DNA of 24,000 nucleotides from Macrococcus epidermidis (GCF_042659445.1 NZ_JBHSSR010000013.1), one strand, 5' to 3'. Shown: positions 1 through 8,006, counted from the stretch's first letter. Translations and numbers: made by a program. The notes: generated by a model not told the origin, from the letters alone.

Positions 1-834
1 ATTAGAAACGAAATAATCTGCAGTTATGCGCTTACCGTCCACAAGTTCCATAGCGACTATACGTTTGCCTTCTGTTTCTAATTTTACTATTTCGCTATCT
101 AGGTGAAGTTTGACCCCTATCTCTTCAGCGAGCTTTACTATTGCTTCTCCTAGCAGATGCATACCACCAGGAACATACCATTCTCCTTGTTGATATTGCA
201 TATGACTCATCATATTGAGCACAGCAGGTGCATCATAAGAGGAAGAGCCTACATATTTGATAAAATATCCGATTATATCCCTAAATTCCTCATTCGATAT
301 ATAGCGATTGATAGCCTGTTGCATCGTACTGAAATAATCAAAACCTTTAAACGCTTTAATAGGTCCATGATGTTTGATTAACTTTAATTTTGTATCGATA
401 CCCTGGTCAAAGTAACTATCTTTTGTCAATTCGTGAATACGTCCTGCATATGTCAGAAAATTTCTATACTCATTTATATCTTTGGCAGTGAGATGTTCGT
501 TGTTTTCCTGCATTGCTTCAAGATCTTTATAAAGATCATAGATATGACCGGATGGAAAGAAACATCTCCATTGTAATGGTAGTTCAATGATATCAACGTA
601 ATCCTCCATTCGCTTGTGACTACCTTTAAATAAGTTCTCAAAGATATATGGCATTGTCAGAATAGAAGGTCCAAGATCGAATCCAAAGCCATCCTGGGTG
701 AGACGATTAAGCTTTCCACCAAAATGACGATTTTTTTCGTATAACGATACATTGAACCCTGCCTGCCTTAATGTAATTGCAGCAGATAAACCTCCCAGAC
801 CTCCACCAATAACTACTACAGTTTTATTATTCAT
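1..834 (-). CDS. crtP: CrtP-like 4,4'-diaponeurosporene oxygenase (FAD-dependent desaturase family); N-terminal 278 codons, 3' end lies beyond the window start
   Basis: Absent from the ORF track because it runs off the edge. My minus-strand translation from ATG 834-832 stays open to base 1: MNNKTVVVIGGGLGGLSAAITLRQAGFNVSLYEKNRHFGGKLNRLTQDGFGFDLGPSILTMPYIFENLF...GYFIKYVGSSSYDAPAVLNMMSHMQ...ADYFVSN. It has a GxGxxG FAD fold and near-identical blocks to S. aureus CrtP as I recall it. It starts 4 nt after the crtM stop, with SD GGGGAG in the crtM 3' end. Confidence 0.8.
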   Translation of the reverse strand, partial: MNNKTVVVIGGGLGGLSAAITLRQAGFNVSLYEKNRHFGGKLNRLTQDGFGFDLGPSILTMPYIFENLFKGSHKRMEDYVDIIELPLQWRCFFPSGHIYDLYKDLEAMQENNEHLTAKDINEYRNFLTYAGRIHELTKDSYFDQGIDTKLKLIKHHGPIKAFKGFDYFSTMQQAINRYISNEEFRDIIGYFIKYVGSSSYDAPAVLNMMSHMQYQQGEWYVPGGMHLLGEAIVKLAEEIGVKLHLDSEIVKLETEGKRIVAMELVDGKRITADYFVSN

Positions 835-838
835 ATGA

Positions 839-1705
839 TTATTTCTCCCCTTTCAAATATACTATTGCTTCTTGATGTATACGATACTTGTCTAATGTTG
901 AAACATGATTTCTTTTAGTAAGGCAATCATAGTTATTCCTTCTGACTTCATTTAGTATCTCTTTGTATACGAGCATAGATAATAATAGAGGTAGTCGTGC
1001 ATGAATGTGATATTGGTTTATATAATGAAGGAATTCATCATAAAGGGTTTCAGCATATTCAGCAAGATATTCCCACATATTGATGAAATCACTGTTGATC
1101 TCAAAGGATGCTAGTTGTTGATTTGTATAGTTAAACTTATTCATAATCTGTTTTGGAATATAGACACGTTGGTATCGTTTAAAATCTTCTCCGATATCTC
1201 TCAAGATGTTGGTAATCTGCATCGCAATGCCTAGTTTTTCTGCATTTTCTTTCATTTCTAAAGTAACATTAGTCGAAAGAATCGGCAGCAGCATTCTTCC
1301 GACAGAACCTGCAACATACAAACTATAACGTTCAATATCTTTAATCGTTTCAGGTTGTGTATACATTAAATCCATCTGTTGACCTGTTATCTGCATCTTA
1401 AAAGCTGTCAAATCAAGGGGATATCGTTGATGTACATCTTTTAATGCGCGCCACATGGGTTCATCAATCAAGATTCCTTCTTCAAACTGGAGAAGTTTAC
1501 TGTTAAAAGTATCAAGAACTGCTTTTCTATAATCAACAGAAGCAGTCCGGTCTACAATGTCATCAGCCATACGACAAAAAGTATATATTGCATATACTGC
1601 ATTTGCATCATCTTCCGGGAGCTGCTTAAAAGCATAATAAAATGATTTTGAGTGACGTTTTATAATTTCTCTGCAATATTTGTAGTCTGTATAGATTGCA
1701 TTCAT
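839..1705 (-). CDS. crtM: Dehydrosqualene (4,4'-diapophytoene) synthase
   Basis: 288-aa ORF of the squalene/phytoene synthase family. Both Asp-rich motifs are visible (FCRMADDIVD; NILRDIGEDF), and the HSKSFYYAF block resembles S. aureus CrtM. SD AGGTGAG sits in the 9-nt gap after crtN. Confidence 0.9.
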   Translation of the reverse strand: MNAIYTDYKYCREIIKRHSKSFYYAFKQLPEDDANAVYAIYTFCRMADDIVDRTASVDYRKAVLDTFNSKLLQFEEGILIDEPMWRALKDVHQRYPLDLTAFKMQITGQQMDLMYTQPETIKDIERYSLYVAGSVGRMLLPILSTNVTLEMKENAEKLGIAMQITNILRDIGEDFKRYQRVYIPKQIMNKFNYTNQQLASFEINSDFINMWEYLAEYAETLYDEFLHYINQYHIHARLPLLLSMLVYKEILNEVRRNNYDCLTKRNHVSTLDKYRIHQEAIVYLKGEK

Positions 1706-1714
1706 AGTCTCACC

Positions 1715-3211
1715 TTAACCTTTGTCATCCAGCATAAGCTCGCCTGCAGCAATTTTAGATGACAGGAGTACGATAGGTACACCTGCTCCTGGGTGGGTGC
1801 TGCTGCCAGTAAAATATAGGTTCTCACAGTGCGTGGCTTTGCTTTGAGGACGTAGATGATTACTCTGAAAAAGTGTAGGCTGCAAACCAAATGTTGCACC
1901 ATTATAAGCATTGAAATTTTTCTTAAACTCAGCTGGTGTCATCATCATTTCAGTGATAATCTCATTCCTGATATTTTTCATACCAGGTAGTTTTTCTAAC
2001 TTATCGAGAATCTTATCTTTATAGAATTTCCTTGTTTCCTCATTCCATTCATATTGTGCAGTAGAAAGCTCTGATACAGGCATAAGTACATATAACCCAT
2101 CTTTATCAGGAGGTGCAAGTGATGGATCAATCTTTGAAGCAATATACATATAGAGAGATGGATCTTCTATCTTGCGCCCATCAAATATTTTTTTTATATT
2201 GTCATCCAAATCTTCAGCAAATACAAAGTTATGAACATTCTCAATTTCTTCATATTTACGGTTTGTACCTAAATATAAAACAAAGCATGAACATGAGTAA
2301 TCTAATTCATCTATCTTCTCATCCGTATACTTTCCTTTAGCTTCTTTTGATGTCACAAGTGATTTCATAGCATATGGAAAGTCAGCGTTACACATTACAT
2401 AGTTTGAAGGTATAAGTTCATCATCTATCATAATTCCCTGGGCAATACCATCTTCTATTTTTATTTCCTGGACTTCTGTTTTATAGTGAATTTTACCCCC
2501 TAGCTCTATGAATAAGCGCTCCATGGCTTTTGCCATTGTATGCATTCCACCTTTAATAAACCAGATTCCATACAGAAACTCTATCATCGGGATAATTGTA
2601 TATAAAGATGGGCTTTTAGAAGGTGAGATTCCGATGTACAATGTTTGAAAGCTAATCATATCTCTAAGCTTTTTATTTTTTATATACTTATTCATCGTGC
2701 TCTCTGCATTACCTAGTGTTCTCAACTTTAATCCCTGATTTATCATATTAAGGTTATAAAAATCTTTTTTATTTCTAAATGGCCTTTGAAGAAAATAATT
2801 TTTTGCAATATTAAAGCGGCTGTATAAATCGCTGATATATCTTAAGAATCCCTCTGCATCTTTTTCACTAGACATCTCAAAAAGTTGCATAAGTTCTACT
2901 AAATCATTGGAAATATCGATTTTCTCTCTTCCATTATTAAAATATCCTGAGAACATTGGGTTCAGTTTTTGCATCGGTATATAATCATCTGGATTTCTAC
3001 CAGCCAGTTCAAAAACTTCCCGATACAATTCAGGCATCATTACAATTGTCGGTCCTACATCAAAGAAAAAACCATCCTTTTCAATCTGATGCATTTTCCC
3101 ACCAGGCAAAGACTCTTTTTCATAAATTTCTACATCATAACCTTCATGCTGCAAACGAATTGCACTAGCAAGTCCTGCTACACCAGCTCCTATAACTATT
3201 ACTTTTTTCAT
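1715..3211 (-). CDS. crtN: 4,4'-diapophytoene desaturase (CrtI/CrtN family)
   Basis: N-terminal dinucleotide fold MKKVIVIGAGVAGLASAIRL and C-terminal FTGSSTHPGAGVP block typical of CrtN/CrtI. The ORF-track start at 3220 is a GTG lying inside the SD. ATG at 3211, preceded by GGGGTGG, is more likely and forms an ATGA overlap with the fni stop. Confidence 0.9.
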   Translation of the reverse strand: MKKVIVIGAGVAGLASAIRLQHEGYDVEIYEKESLPGGKMHQIEKDGFFFDVGPTIVMMPELYREVFELAGRNPDDYIPMQKLNPMFSGYFNNGREKIDISNDLVELMQLFEMSSEKDAEGFLRYISDLYSRFNIAKNYFLQRPFRNKKDFYNLNMINQGLKLRTLGNAESTMNKYIKNKKLRDMISFQTLYIGISPSKSPSLYTIIPMIEFLYGIWFIKGGMHTMAKAMERLFIELGGKIHYKTEVQEIKIEDGIAQGIMIDDELIPSNYVMCNADFPYAMKSLVTSKEAKGKYTDEKIDELDYSCSCFVLYLGTNRKYEEIENVHNFVFAEDLDDNIKKIFDGRKIEDPSLYMYIASKIDPSLAPPDKDGLYVLMPVSELSTAQYEWNEETRKFYKDKILDKLEKLPGMKNIRNEIITEMMMTPAEFKKNFNAYNGATFGLQPTLFQSNHLRPQSKATHCENLYFTGSSTHPGAGVPIVLLSSKIAAGELMLDDKG

Positions 3212-4245
3212 GTATTCCACCCCATGTTCTCATTTCTTTGTTGATACCAACTCCATACATCACCTTTGAGAATATAGTTAATTGAAGTCAAATCCTGTAT
3301 ACAAGTTTTACCTGACATGGTGAGAAGTATTATTAAATGCTCATTAAAATCATTAATATATTTAATTGCATCTTCTATACCTTCATTTTCAACTTTAAGT
3401 AATATTGGGCGGGAAATACCTACTGCTTGCGCACCAAGAACCATACATTTCAAAGCATCAAGTGGATTTCTAATGCCACCACTGGCTAAAACTTCTAATC
3501 CAGTTCCTTTACTTTCTAACAAGGATATAGCAGTAGTTTGGCCCCACCCTTTCATATAAGAGAAGTCTTTCAAGGTTCTTCTTTCATTCTCTATGTGAAT
3601 AAAGTTAGTTCCACCACTTCCGCTTACATCTATCGTCGTTACTCCCACACTTTTAAGCTTGAGCATAGTCTCACGACTCATACCGAAGCCCACTTCTTTA
3701 ACAATAATCGGAACATCTATCTCATTCACAATGGATTCAATATGACTTAGCCAATTACTAAATATTCTATTACCTTCAGGCATAATCAGTTCTTGAGGAG
3801 CATTCACATGAATTTGAAGTGCATCAGCCTGCAAGAAATCTACTGCCCTTTTAGCGAATTCTACAGGAACATCAGCCCCAACATTACTAAATAGAGGACC
3901 TTTGTATATATTACGGACAACTGAATAAGTTTCTTTTAATTGATTGCTTTTTAACGCTGCATGCGTAGATCCTACTGCCATTGCGCTATCAGTTTCACGC
4001 GCAACAATAGCAAGTTTCTCATTTATTTCTTGAGACCATTTACTTCCACCTGTCATTGCATTTATATAGATTGGAGTATTCAAATTGATACTATTAATTC
4101 TCGTGTTTAACTTAACATCTTTAACATCACATTCTGGTAAAGATTGATGAATAAGATGGATAGAATCAAAATCTGATACCTCTATATCTGGATGTCCTAG
4201 AGCCAACTGAATATGTTCATCTTTCCTCGAAATTCTTTTATCCAC
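3208..4245 (-). CDS. fni: Type 2 (FMN-dependent) isopentenyl-diphosphate delta-isomerase
   Basis: 345-aa ORF with blocks INAMTGGS, AMAVGSTHAAL, QIHVNAPQELIMPEGN, IIVKEVGFGMS, SGSGGTNF and ASGGIR, closely matching S. aureus Fni from memory. GTG start at 4245 with SD GAGGGAG 5 nt upstream. Confidence 0.9.
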   Translation of the reverse strand: MDKRISRKDEHIQLALGHPDIEVSDFDSIHLIHQSLPECDVKDVKLNTRINSINLNTPIYINAMTGGSKWSQEINEKLAIVARETDSAMAVGSTHAALKSNQLKETYSVVRNIYKGPLFSNVGADVPVEFAKRAVDFLQADALQIHVNAPQELIMPEGNRIFSNWLSHIESIVNEIDVPIIVKEVGFGMSRETMLKLKSVGVTTIDVSGSGGTNFIHIENERRTLKDFSYMKGWGQTTAISLLESKGTGLEVLASGGIRNPLDALKCMVLGAQAVGISRPILLKVENEGIEDAIKYINDFNEHLIILLTMSGKTCIQDLTSINYILKGDVWSWYQQRNENMGWNT

Positions 4246-4271
4246 ATAATCTCCCTCTTACTATTTAATCT

Positions 4272-4745
4272 TTATTTTCTATTTTGCTTATAGTGATAAA
4301 TTTTTTCGAGTTTTGGCCTATTATAACGTTGTGTAATTATAAATGGAAAATTGCTAATTAATGCATAGAATACGTTAATCCATGCTGCATAACGTGGATT
4401 AAATAAGAAAAATAACGGTGCAGGTAACATTGAGATCCAATGTGTAAACTCAGCACGTCGCATTTCAATGATGAATTTATTAATAGTCGAAGAGCTGAAG
4501 TCAGGTAATTCTGATTTGTTATAGCCGTGCTTTATAAGAATAGAACCATCAGGTAAAAATGATTTCCATTTTTTAACCTTGAACAACTCGTTCCAAATGT
4601 CACCTGAGCGTTCAACCTTGAAAGTTTTAAATAATTTATTATGTTGAAAATATCTGTCTGAAATATTCGCTGATAACGAGGCTATGATTATATGTGCTGT
4701 GAACCATGCTATACTATTTATAACTATTAGTTTAATAGGCCTCAT
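4272..4745 (-). CDS. crtO: Glycosyl-4,4'-diaponeurosporenoate acyltransferase (membrane protein)
   Basis: Blocks RRAEFTHWISMLP and INVFYALISNFPFIITQRYNRPKL match S. aureus CrtO as I recall it ([37 protein letters not shown]). I trimmed the ORF-track start (4799) to ATG 4745, which has SD AAGGAGG 4 nt upstream. Confidence 0.85.
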   Translation of the reverse strand: MRPIKLIVINSIAWFTAHIIIASLSANISDRYFQHNKLFKTFKVERSGDIWNELFKVKKWKSFLPDGSILIKHGYNKSELPDFSSSTINKFIIEMRRAEFTHWISMLPAPLFFLFNPRYAAWINVFYALISNFPFIITQRYNRPKLEKIYHYKQNRK

Positions 4746-4831
4746 AAATCCTCCTTTACTGTAAAACAGCTTAAATATAGCTGTGCCCATAATTAGCATT
4801 AATCTATAAATTGCTAACTATTATCCTTATT

Positions 4832-4856
4832 ATACCATTAAATATTCTCGTTAAAC
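4832..4856 (-). promoter_or_regulatory. Candidate sigma-B-type promoter upstream of crtO
   Basis: The minus strand reads GTTTAA (4856-4851), 13 nt, then TGGTAT (4837-4832), against the consensus GTTTAA-N12-15-GGGTAT. It lies about 85 nt upstream of the crtO ATG. The same bases also spell TATAAT, so a sigma-A -10 cannot be excluded. Confidence 0.35.
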
Positions 4857-5210
4857 GAGTATGTAATACTCATATATTTCTCAATCTATACCTTGTAAAT
4901 ATTATTTAATATGATTATATTACTAAACTGGTGAACAGACAGCCGAATGATTACTCAAACTCTTATACAACGCATGTCTACTTACGGCTATGAAGAAAGT
5001 GACAAAAGATCTAGACGTATTAGAAGGTATCAATTATGAAGTAAATATGACTGGTTTGCTGCTCTTGAAAATCAAAAGCATTATATCTCATCACAGATAA
5101 ACCAATGGTAAGGCAGATGATAAGTTAGTTCTATAGAGAGAGTTGTAAAGGAAAGAAGCTTTTCAAAGTGGACAGTTTGGTTATAACTAGTATTAAAATT
5201 TCTCTATAAA

Positions 5211-5244
5211 ATTAAAAAAGACATGCCAAAAATGACATGTCTTT
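5211..5244 (-). terminator. Rho-independent terminator, best read on the minus strand (end of the XRE/CPBP unit or of a transcript across repeat copy A)
   Basis: 9-bp stem AAAGACATG (5217-5225) / CATGTCTTT (5236-5244) with a 10-nt loop. On the minus strand the hairpin runs into CTTTTTTAAT. Confidence 0.6.
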
Positions 5245-5345
5245 CGCCTCTATCCGCGTAGTTAGACGCAGTAAGATAGATCTTCCCTTATTCCTTTTAT
5301 TATATAAAGGCAATTTTATAAATATGTTATTTATGATAAGCTCGA

Positions 5346-5428
5346 GCGTATCTTTGAAGACTGCGGTATTTCCTAGGAAAAAACCGCATCATTTGTGATA
5401 ACTTTCAGTGTATCTTTTAAGAGTGCGA
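5346..5428. repeat. Intergenic repeat, copy A (hairpin-containing element)
   Basis: Hand alignment to 19169-19251, same orientation: 27/27 identical core AACCGCATCATTTGTGATAACTTTCAG (5382-5408 vs 19205-19231) and 29/36 identical in the preceding segment. It contains the hairpin TGCGGTATTTCCTAGGAAAAAACCGCA. It is flanked by two similar ~20-mers (GCGTATCTTTGAAGACTGCG / GTGTATCTTTTAAGAGTGCG). Confidence 0.7.
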
Positions 5429-5459
5429 AATCTATAATAAATTTATCAATAGAAATTAT

Positions 5460-6305
5460 TTAAAATGTTTCGAGATGATTTCTTATTGATCTTTTTATTT
5501 TTTTATTAACCATTACAAAAATAATTGCAAGATAACCTATTATAGATATTAATGAAGTATCAATGCCGTATTCTCCTCCTGTAATAAGAATATTATTTGT
5601 ATCTAAAATATATTGATACATTCCCCAATGATCATCCTGATTAGTGATATTGAACAATCCATTAATATTCCAAAACATATGTAAAGTAATTGAAGCCCAA
5701 ACGCTATTAAAGGTCCATGCAGTAATAGCATACATTATTCCAGCGAGAGTTCCTCCTATTAATAACAAAAGGAGACTTGCTCCATGTAACTTACCGTTAA
5801 ATAAATGAACTAAAGAAAATAAAATTGATGGTACAATTATACTTGCCAAAAATCCATACTGTTTTTCAAAGTATCCCATTAATATTCCCCTGAATATCAT
5901 TTCCTCTAGTATTGGTGCTGCAACCCCAGTAATTAAAAACGCACTAAAGAACATTTCCATGTATTCAACAGGGCTTGAATAATGCGTCATTACCAATTTC
6001 CCGGGAATTAAAAAAATATATACCAAATCAACTGTGAGTATTAAGACCATTCCACTAATAAAACAAAGTCTATAAAGTCTTATAGGTAAGATTCTATACA
6101 CTTCTAAATTACTTTTAAGAATCTTTTCAATAAACCATTTAATTAATATGTAAGACAAGAGTATATAAGTTAAAGCATGAAAAATATACTCGATACTCCA
6201 AATGCTCTTTATATGCCACAACATCGTGATATTTTGTATTAATACAGAAAATATAAAACAAGCAAGAACGGCCAAAATCACCTTAAAAAATTTTTTTAAA
6301 CTCAT
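5460..6305 (-). CDS. CPBP-family intramembrane glutamic metalloprotease (CAAX protease / Abi, PF02517-like)
   Basis: Polytopic membrane protein with all three family motifs: EEMIFRG (EExxxR), FSLVH (FxxxH) and HMFWN (HxxxN). I trimmed the start to ATG 6305 (MSLKKFF...), which has SD GGGAGG 7 nt upstream. Confidence 0.85.
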   Translation of the reverse strand: MSLKKFFKVILAVLACFIFSVLIQNITMLWHIKSIWSIEYIFHALTYILLSYILIKWFIEKILKSNLEVYRILPIRLYRLCFISGMVLILTVDLVYIFLIPGKLVMTHYSSPVEYMEMFFSAFLITGVAAPILEEMIFRGILMGYFEKQYGFLASIIVPSILFSLVHLFNGKLHGASLLLLLIGGTLAGIMYAITAWTFNSVWASITLHMFWNINGLFNITNQDDHWGMYQYILDTNNILITGGEYGIDTSLISIIGYLAIIFVMVNKKIKRSIRNHLETF

Positions 6306-6339
6306 AATATAACCTCCCAAAATGTTAGAGAGATTTACA

Positions 6340-6669
6340 TCAATTTGAATAAACTTGTCCTATTGTTCCACAGATTATTAATAAGATAATAATAACTAGC
6401 CACCACTTTTCAGAGACAAACATCCAAAAATCCATATTCTGATTGGAATTTACTTCATTTTCTGATGCTACATAGTCACTTCCCAAAATAAGGTAGTCTG
6501 TACTAACAGAAAATAACTCTGATAAACGAATAATCATGTTTAAATCTGGTTCTGAAGTTCCTAGTTCCCACTTTGAAATTGTCTGTCTTGATACATTCAA
6601 TTTTTCAGCTAAATCTTCCTGTGTGTAATTATGGTTATTTCGCAGAACTTTTATCTGTTTATTAATCAT
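6340..6669 (-). CDS. XRE-family helix-turn-helix regulator with a C-terminal transmembrane anchor
   Basis: N-terminal HTH_3 pattern YTQEDLAEKLNVSRQTISKWELGTSEPDLNMIIRLSELFSVSTDYLI. C-terminal hydrophobic helix WWLVIIILLIICGTIGQVY. It lies 34 nt upstream of the CPBP gene on the same strand. Confidence 0.85.
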   Translation of the reverse strand: MINKQIKVLRNNHNYTQEDLAEKLNVSRQTISKWELGTSEPDLNMIIRLSELFSVSTDYLILGSDYVASENEVNSNQNMDFWMFVSEKWWLVIIILLIICGTIGQVYSN

Positions 6670-6849
6670 AAATGTAAATCATCTCCTGATATCATTTTAA
6701 GATTATTTTTAGTGACATTCCGTTACCAAACGGTAGCAATACCGCACGATATTATTGCACTTATGACACCTTTCATTGCATACGCTGTTTCAAATCGTTT
6801 ATTTACCAAATATTCATCAATTTCATTTAAACATGTGTTGTTGATTCTC

Positions 6850-6893
6850 AATAAATAAAGTAGCCCTAGAACTAAATTTTACAGGACTACTTT
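6850..6893 (-). terminator. Rho-independent terminator after the yjdF-like gene
   Basis: The minus strand reads AAAGTAGTCCTG, loop, CTAGGGCTACTTT, then ATTTATT. The stem is about 11 bp including G-U pairs, 18 nt after the stop codon. Confidence 0.55.
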
Positions 6894-6910
6894 ACGATGA
6901 GAGTTATTAA

Positions 6911-7321
6911 TTATTTTCCTTTGTGTTTCTGTTTTGCCTTCTTTCTTTTCAACATTCTCTTTCGCTCTTCAAAAGCTTCTTTTCTTTCTTTTGATAATTT
7001 CTTTCTAATTTTCTTATTCGTTTCATATTCTTTCTTCAAAAAATCCTGAGTCTTTGTTGAAAGTTGATACATTTTTCTTTCCTTTGATACTTTTCTTTGC
7101 AACCTTTTAGGATTTATTCGATTTGAAACCTTCTTGTCTTTGTATCCTTCTGTTTTCACATTATCAATTAAATATAGCAATTCCTGATGAATAAATTGAT
7201 CTAATGTCTCTTTATCAGGATCCATTCCAAATACTCGCTCTACATAACAAATCTTCCCATCTTTCTCAAACTTAATAACACCAATATAAAATTGACCATT
7301 ATGAAAAATGTTCATTTCCAT
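6911..7321 (-). CDS. yjdF: YjdF-family protein (DUF2992)
   Basis: MEMNIFHNGQFYIGVIKFEKDGKI...INPKRLQRKVSKE...RKRMLKRKKAKQKHKGK parallels B. subtilis YjdF as I recall it (YHDGQFWIGV..., INPKRLQRQVSKE, basic C-terminal tail). The ORF-track start (7330) is a GTG inside the SD. ATG 7321 has SD GAGGAGG 8 nt upstream. Confidence 0.8.
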   Translation of the reverse strand: MEMNIFHNGQFYIGVIKFEKDGKICYVERVFGMDPDKETLDQFIHQELLYLIDNVKTEGYKDKKVSNRINPKRLQRKVSKERKMYQLSTKTQDFLKKEYETNKKIRKKLSKERKEAFEERKRMLKRKKAKQKHKGK

Positions 7322-7329
7322 AAATGGCA

Positions 7330-7440
7330 CCTCCTCTAAATTTATTACGAATGAGGGACGACCCGAGGAGGGAAGGTTACTTACACTTTATCAAGTGCTA
7401 TTGGACTACCAACCAATATTGTGTTTTTACATTCACTACT
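7330..7440 (-). promoter_or_regulatory. Candidate yjdF-type (azaaromatic) riboswitch / structured 5' leader with an anti-SD
   Basis: The minus-strand leader folds by eye into four elements. There is an outer helix UGAAUG (7435-7430) / CAUUCG (7353-7348). There are two hairpins, UAUUGG..CCAAUA and GCACUU-GAUA-AAGUGU. There is also a C-rich tract CCUCCUC (7371-7365) perfectly complementary to the SD GAGGAGG (7336-7330). yjdF motif RNAs are known to precede DUF2992 genes in Firmicutes. I cannot verify the consensus from memory. Confidence 0.45.
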
Positions 7441-7550
7441 AAAATATCATTGAATTACTTATATTTCAAAATTATTTTTAATTTTAGCTTCTTATATACT
7501 TTACTCTAACGTCACGTCATACCTTACGATTAAAGTAAGGAGGTGATGAC

Positions 7551-7967
7551 ATGGAATTCTATCAGATGCCGTTGTTTAATAAAATATTGGTGAGAGATAT
7601 TGAAAAAGCTGAGAAGTGGTATCGTCACAACTTAGGATTTCAAAGTGTTTTCAAATTTCGCAATGAAGAAAATGAAGTGATTATGTATCACTTACGATTG
7701 AAAAAATATCAGGATATCATGCTGATTCAGTCTGATGACTTTAAAAGTGGTAATGGTTGTTTCATCAATATTCTTGTTGATGATATAAAAACCATTGCAC
7801 ATTCTATTTCTGAGAAGTATGTATTACAATCGTTAGAACAGATGCCGTGGAATGCGATGGAAATGACAATTGAAGATCTTGATGGTTATCAAATAACGTT
7901 AACGGAATCGAATATTAAAAATGAGGATTTCGAGAAATTAATGAATAGTGTCTTAAAAAAATATTAA
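7551..7967 (+). CDS. VOC-family protein (glyoxalase / bleomycin-resistance-like fold)
   Basis: 138 aa. The N-terminal bab unit ILVRDIEKAEKWYRHNLGF and the C-terminal MPWNAMEMTIEDLDGYQITL resemble the QPWG..E..v.DPDGn.i pattern of bleomycin-resistance/glyoxalase proteins. Strong SD AAGGAGGTG 5 nt before the ATG. Confidence 0.75.
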   Translation: MEFYQMPLFNKILVRDIEKAEKWYRHNLGFQSVFKFRNEENEVIMYHLRLKKYQDIMLIQSDDFKSGNGCFINILVDDIKTIAHSISEKYVLQSLEQMPWNAMEMTIEDLDGYQITLTESNIKNEDFEKLMNSVLKKY

Positions 7968-7975
7968 AAGTAAAC

Positions 7976-8006
7976 GTAGCGACTTAATTAATTAAGCGCT
8001 ACTTTT
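7976..8006 (+). terminator. Terminator hairpin between the convergent VOC and APH genes
   Basis: GTAGCG (7976-7981) pairs with CGCTAC (7997-8002) and encloses the palindrome CTTAATTAATTAAG, followed by TTTTGC. T-rich sequence on the other side as well, so it may act bidirectionally. Confidence 0.55.

Noticed and set aside
157-3750. Plus-strand ORF-track entries inside the crt/fni genes (157-381, 2113-2340, 2956-3168, 2969-3244, 3317-3559, 3538-3750) and the minus-strand 1702-1911 ORF
   Set aside because: All lie antisense to, or out of frame within, genes with strong recognisable homology. They lack SD sequences and have the skewed, low-complexity composition expected of shadow frames in AT-rich DNA.
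4746-4799. N-terminal extension of crtO in the ORF track (MLIMGTAIFKLFYSKGGF...)
   Set aside because: The internal ATG at 4745 has a near-perfect SD (AAGGAGG) and matches where homologous CrtO begins. The extension has no SD and is just an open frame upstream.
6631-7509. ORFs 6631-6858 (+) and 7324-7509 (+)
   Set aside because: They overlap the XRE gene start and promoter region, and the yjdF leader, respectively. They have no SD and an implausible composition. The second is the antisense of the candidate riboswitch.
7522-7543. Hairpin CCTTAC-N7-GTAAGG overlapping the first bases of the VOC gene SD
   Set aside because: It is only a 6-bp stem with no flanking conserved structure. That is too weak to call a regulatory element without comparative data.
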